From contig NC_043000.1 of NCBI RefSeq assembly GCF_006345805.1, positions 73,098,001 through 73,162,000 on the forward strand: a stretch of DNA of 64,000 bases. The letters are read 5' to 3'. The translations under genes were made by a program, and so were the position numbers. Of the stretch, positions 60,120-64,000 are shown in pieces. This DNA comes from Octopus sinensis (Eukaryota). The notes under the pieces are model-generated. The model was not told where the DNA came from. It did not search any database and was given only the letters and a program-made list of their open reading frames with translations. Position 1 is the first letter of the stretch. Each line of letters begins with the position of its first letter.

Positions 60120-61780
60120 TACTGGCCCAGGCCATGTCTGACTTAACACCACCACCTGGCGAAGTCTTTCAATTCAGGATTTGGGCACCAAGGCCCATTC
60201 GAGCAGAGAGTTATTGTTTGCGGTGACATATCCTGGTGTGGGTGGTTTGTCCAGGACTGTTTGAAGGAATTTGACCAAAGACTTCTTGAATTTTGTGTGG
60301 TGAGTTTCTGTTTTGACGTGTCCTGCTGTAATGTTGAAGAGAGCGGGTCCAATTCAGGTGAAATAATTGTGCCGTATTGTTGTTATGTGATGCGATTTAG
60401 ATTTTTGTTGTGGACGGATGGCATGTGGTCCAAGCCTTGGATGTATTTTGAAGGTGATGCCAACATCATTCGGACAGTGCTGATGGAATATTTTCCACAT
60501 CATACAGATAATGTAGCGTTCACGGCGTCGTTGGAGTGAATACAGTTTCAGCTTCTCTAATCTACCCCAGTAGTCGAGGTCTGACATGCCATCTATCTTT
60601 TTTGTGATTGACTTTTGGGGAGCTTCATTTCTCATAATATTTTGTTTTGTGTAGGGAGACCACAGTGGACAGCAGTATTCAAGGTGGGGTCGGGCCAAAT
60701 TGGAGAAGAGAAGGATAATGGTGTGGGAATCTCTCGACTGGAAGGTTCTGAGAATCCAGGAACACATTCTGCGGGCCATGTCAACTTTGCTGCTTATATG
60801 TGTAGCCCAGCTTATGTTGTTGTCCACTGTTACTCCCAAGTCTCTGATGTTGTTAGATGCCATGAGAATTTCTCCAGAAGGAAGGGAGTTTCAGAGCGTC
60901 CTCCCTTCCAAAGTGGATCAGTTCGAATTTGTCTTCGTTTAGCAACATGTTGTTCCTTTCCGCCCATTGGACAACATCCAGTAGGTCTGACTGAAGGCTT
61001 ATTCAGTCATCCATGCCATTGATGACCTTCTGGAGCTTGGAATCATCAGCGAAGGTTCTGATGTTACTGTGTTTGATGGTGTCAGTAATATCATTTATGT
61101 AGATGATGAAAAGAAGTGGGCCCAACACAGTGCCTTGTGGGACACCACTGCTGACTTTGGGTGGGCTGGATTTGACTCCTTCGACTACAACATGTTGGGT
61201 TCTGTTAGACAGGAAGCACTTGATCCACTGCAGCAGCTTTCCCGTGACACCAATATTGGACAGTTTTCTCAAAAGGAATTTATGATCAACCCTGTCAAAG
61301 GCCTTGCTGAAATCAAGGTAGATGACATCAGTGTTGGAACCCTCTCCCAAGGCTCTCAAAATGTCATCAAAATGATGCAGTAGCTGCGTCAGGCAATCTC
61401 TTCCATTACGGAATCCATGCTGGTTGGAATTCAGCATATTATGACTCTCAAGGAAGTGAGTTATACGCGATCTCAGCACTCTCTCAAATACCTTAATGAT
61501 GTGAGAGGTGAGTGAGATTGGACGGTAATTCACGGCAAGCGATTTGTTTCCTTTTTTGAAAACTGGGACAACAGACTGGGATAGAAGGTCTTCTGGTATA
61601 TATCCAGCATCCAGTGAGTTCCGCCACAGATTGGCTAGAGGGGGTGCAAGTTGGTGTTGACACATCTTCAAGACACAAGCAGGGAACCTATCGGGACCTA
61701 CTGCTGAATTATGCTTCATTTCCTTTATTGCTGCTAAGACATCAGGAGCACCAAAGGTTATGTCCGATAAAGTATATTGG
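60120..61780 (-). mobile_element. CR1/L2-group LINE: RT domain and 3' end
   Basis: SAVGPD..NYRPISLTSHIIKVFE..QHGFRNGR..YLDFSKAFDRV..GVPQGTVLGPLLF..FADDSKL, then RDLGV..RPHLEYCCPLWSP..LYSLQRRRERY. Confidence 0.93.
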
Positions 61781-61811
61781 GGAGTATTTACATATATATA
61801 TATAAGTAAAT

Positions 61812-64000
61812 AAATGGCTGACCAGTTCCCAGACATCTGTGGAGGTCTATTTCGTGATGATTGTCTGCTTTACCTCGAAAACATTTCAAATCAAAAAATA
61901 CAGAAGGTTAAGAATAGATTAGTTAGGTTTTTTCATAGAATGGGCTTTCACATCGTTTTTGACGTTGAGTTAACTAAAGCTAACTTCTTAGATATTACTC
62001 TTAATTGACAAAATAACTCGTACTTCCCATACCACAAACCTTCTACAAATCTCAAGTATATTAGTTCTTCCAGTAATCACACTAGGGCACTTACTAAGAA
62101 TTTAGTTAAAAACATTTCAGTTAGATTGTCTAAACTATCCGCCAATGTTGACATTTTTAACGACCAGGCAGAATTTTATAACTCTCTTGGTTAAAGCTGG
62201 GTATAAAGAAAAAGTTACATACATTGATTCTGCTCAATCTCGTCCTTCATCTACTGTTCAAGTAAAAAAATTTAGTTGTAATAATAAGAGTGATTTTAAT
62301 TCTAATATTGTAAACAACACAAAAAATAATAAAATTCCTTTACGGGGTAAGGGAGGCAAGCGTTATAATAATAATAATAATAATAATAATGAAATTATTG
62401 TATACAGTGCTCAGGTGCACCACAACTTGTCAGAAAGTGCATATAAAGTATATGCAGTAATGTACAAATGTCTGGAAAGAGAACAATGTATGAGTCAGAT
62501 ACATGCTTGTGTGTGTATGGAGGGGAGGAAATCAGGTGTAGAGTTGGCGAATCTCAGAAAGCAAGGAAGTTTTGAAGGATGCAGTGCTCCGACAACTAAC
62601 AACTGATGCTGGCAGTTTGTTCCATGCTTCAGCAACTCTGAGCGTGAAAAAATGTTTCCGAAAGTCATGGGAGCTGTGCTGTTTTCTGATTTTGTAAATA
62701 TGTCCACAGGTGTTAGACTGGTGGAGTTTGAAAAGGTGCTCTGAGTTATTGTTTGTAAGATGGTTGATAATTTTATGGGTGTCTGCCAAGTCAGCTGCCA
62801 GATATCGAAGTTTCAATGTGGCCATGCCCAGTGAAGTAAGTTGTTCAGAATATGGCAAATGCCTGATGGAGGGTATTCTTTTGGTTGCACGTCGCTGAAC
62901 GACTTCCAGACGATTGATATCCTGGGCAAGATAGGGGTTCCAGACCGGTGATGCAAATTCCAGGTAAGGTCTTACCATAGCTATATAAAACCGCAGATAG
63001 ATAGTCGGAGAGCAGCTCACAAAGGATTTGGTGAGTGATGCCAAGACACCCTCAGCCTTCTTGACAATTTTAGCGATGTGTTTTGTCCAACGCAAATCAC
63101 TGTTGACAATAACACCCAGGTCACGTTCACACAAAGACTTTTTGAGATTAGTCTTGTGGAGGGAATAGGTGGACGCTGGGTTTCTCCTCCCAAAATGCAT
63201 GGGTACATTTGTCCACAGCCAGCTTGAGTTGCCAGTCTATGATCCACTGCTGCATTGTGTCCAGGTCTGCTTGCAATAGAGATCTATAGTGTACAGGATC
63301 TGACCTCTTTATTTCAAGGTACAGCTTGATGTCATCTGCATATTTCAGCACTGTGGCATTCTTTAAGTTGGCATCTATGTCATTAACATATGCAACAAAA
63401 GCCCATTTTTTTCACTCTAGAGGTATTTCACCGTCCTATTGAATGTTAATAGGAAAACTATCTGGTTTGTAATTCTGTATGGAAAACAAATTAAATCTAA
63501 TCTTCCTTTACAATTCCGTGAAGTGGTTGGTAAGAACTTTCCAAAAAATTCTAAATATTATTTAATTATTAATTCTCATATAATTAGGGTTGCCTTCTCC
63601 AACACAAAGAATCTTTCACAAATTATATCTTCTCATAATACCAGTCTGCTAAATAAAAATTCATTTTCTGGGAGTTCCAACATTAATTTTGTTTAGTCCA
63701 GCCCCTCACATAATAATAATAATAACAACAACAACAGCAGCAGCAGCAGCAACACTAAAAACATGGTTTTGGTCTCTGAAGACAACCCCAACAGAATTAA
63801 ATTCATGTCTAATAATTCTAAGATCAAGAATTCTATATACCAATGTAAAATTTCTTGCAGTACTGATGTCTAATCTCACTCTTATCGTTGGAACAGATAC
63901 AGAGACATCAGGAAAGGATTTGCTGATTGTTGTTGGATCTGTTTGGATAGATGATCAATGCTGATCAATGTTGCATTTCTAAATAAAATAATTAATTTGT
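61812..64000 (+). mobile_element. Penelope-like element interrupted by a LINE (PLE parts ~61812-62360 and ~63405-64000)
   Basis: GGLFRDDCL (RT catalytic motif), FLDITLN, SNH; after the insert it resumes RKTIWF..IKSNL..KNFP..INSHIIRVAFSNTKNL. Confidence 0.75.
62365..63400 (-). mobile_element. 5'-truncated CR1/L2-group LINE (second family) with a short (ATT)n tail
   Basis: KYADDIKLY..LQADLD..WQLKL..MHFGRRN..ERDLGVIV..VRPYLEFASPVWNPY..LEVVQRRATK; (aat)n at 62366-62391. Confidence 0.9.

Overview
AT-rich, repeat-dense eukaryotic DNA. The very long (TA)n/(CA)n tracts, RTE-LINE tails ending in (GAT)n and tRNA-SINEs suggest an octopus or other coleoid cephalopod; this is inferred and not proven. One host gene is recognisable: the first coding exon of CRPPA/ISPD (17414-17565, minus strand), which appears to use a GC splice donor and opens an intron of more than 17 kb packed with transposons. 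A possible second gene starts on the plus strand near 44.9 kb and may have micro-exons. Almost everything else is mobile DNA: RTE, CR1-like, R4/Dong-like and Penelope-like retroelements, Ty3/Gypsy elements, Tc1/mariner elements, Helitrons and SINEs. The most unusual structures are: (i) a 2.9-kb near-perfect foldback element with ~1.29-kb arms and an exact 8-bp TSD, carrying the same retroelement insertion in both arms and nested in another TIR element; (ii) three GG...CC elements with 8-bp TSDs (Merlin-like) of 80, 711 and 2876 bp within 6 kb; (iii) a 32-unit, strictly alternating 62-bp A/B VNTR inside an RTE 3' UTR; (iv) a ~1-kb extremely AT-rich, organelle-like segment with an unexpectedly long hydrophobic ORF. 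No CRISPR array or prokaryotic system is supported. All identities, counts and boundaries were read by eye; no searches were run.
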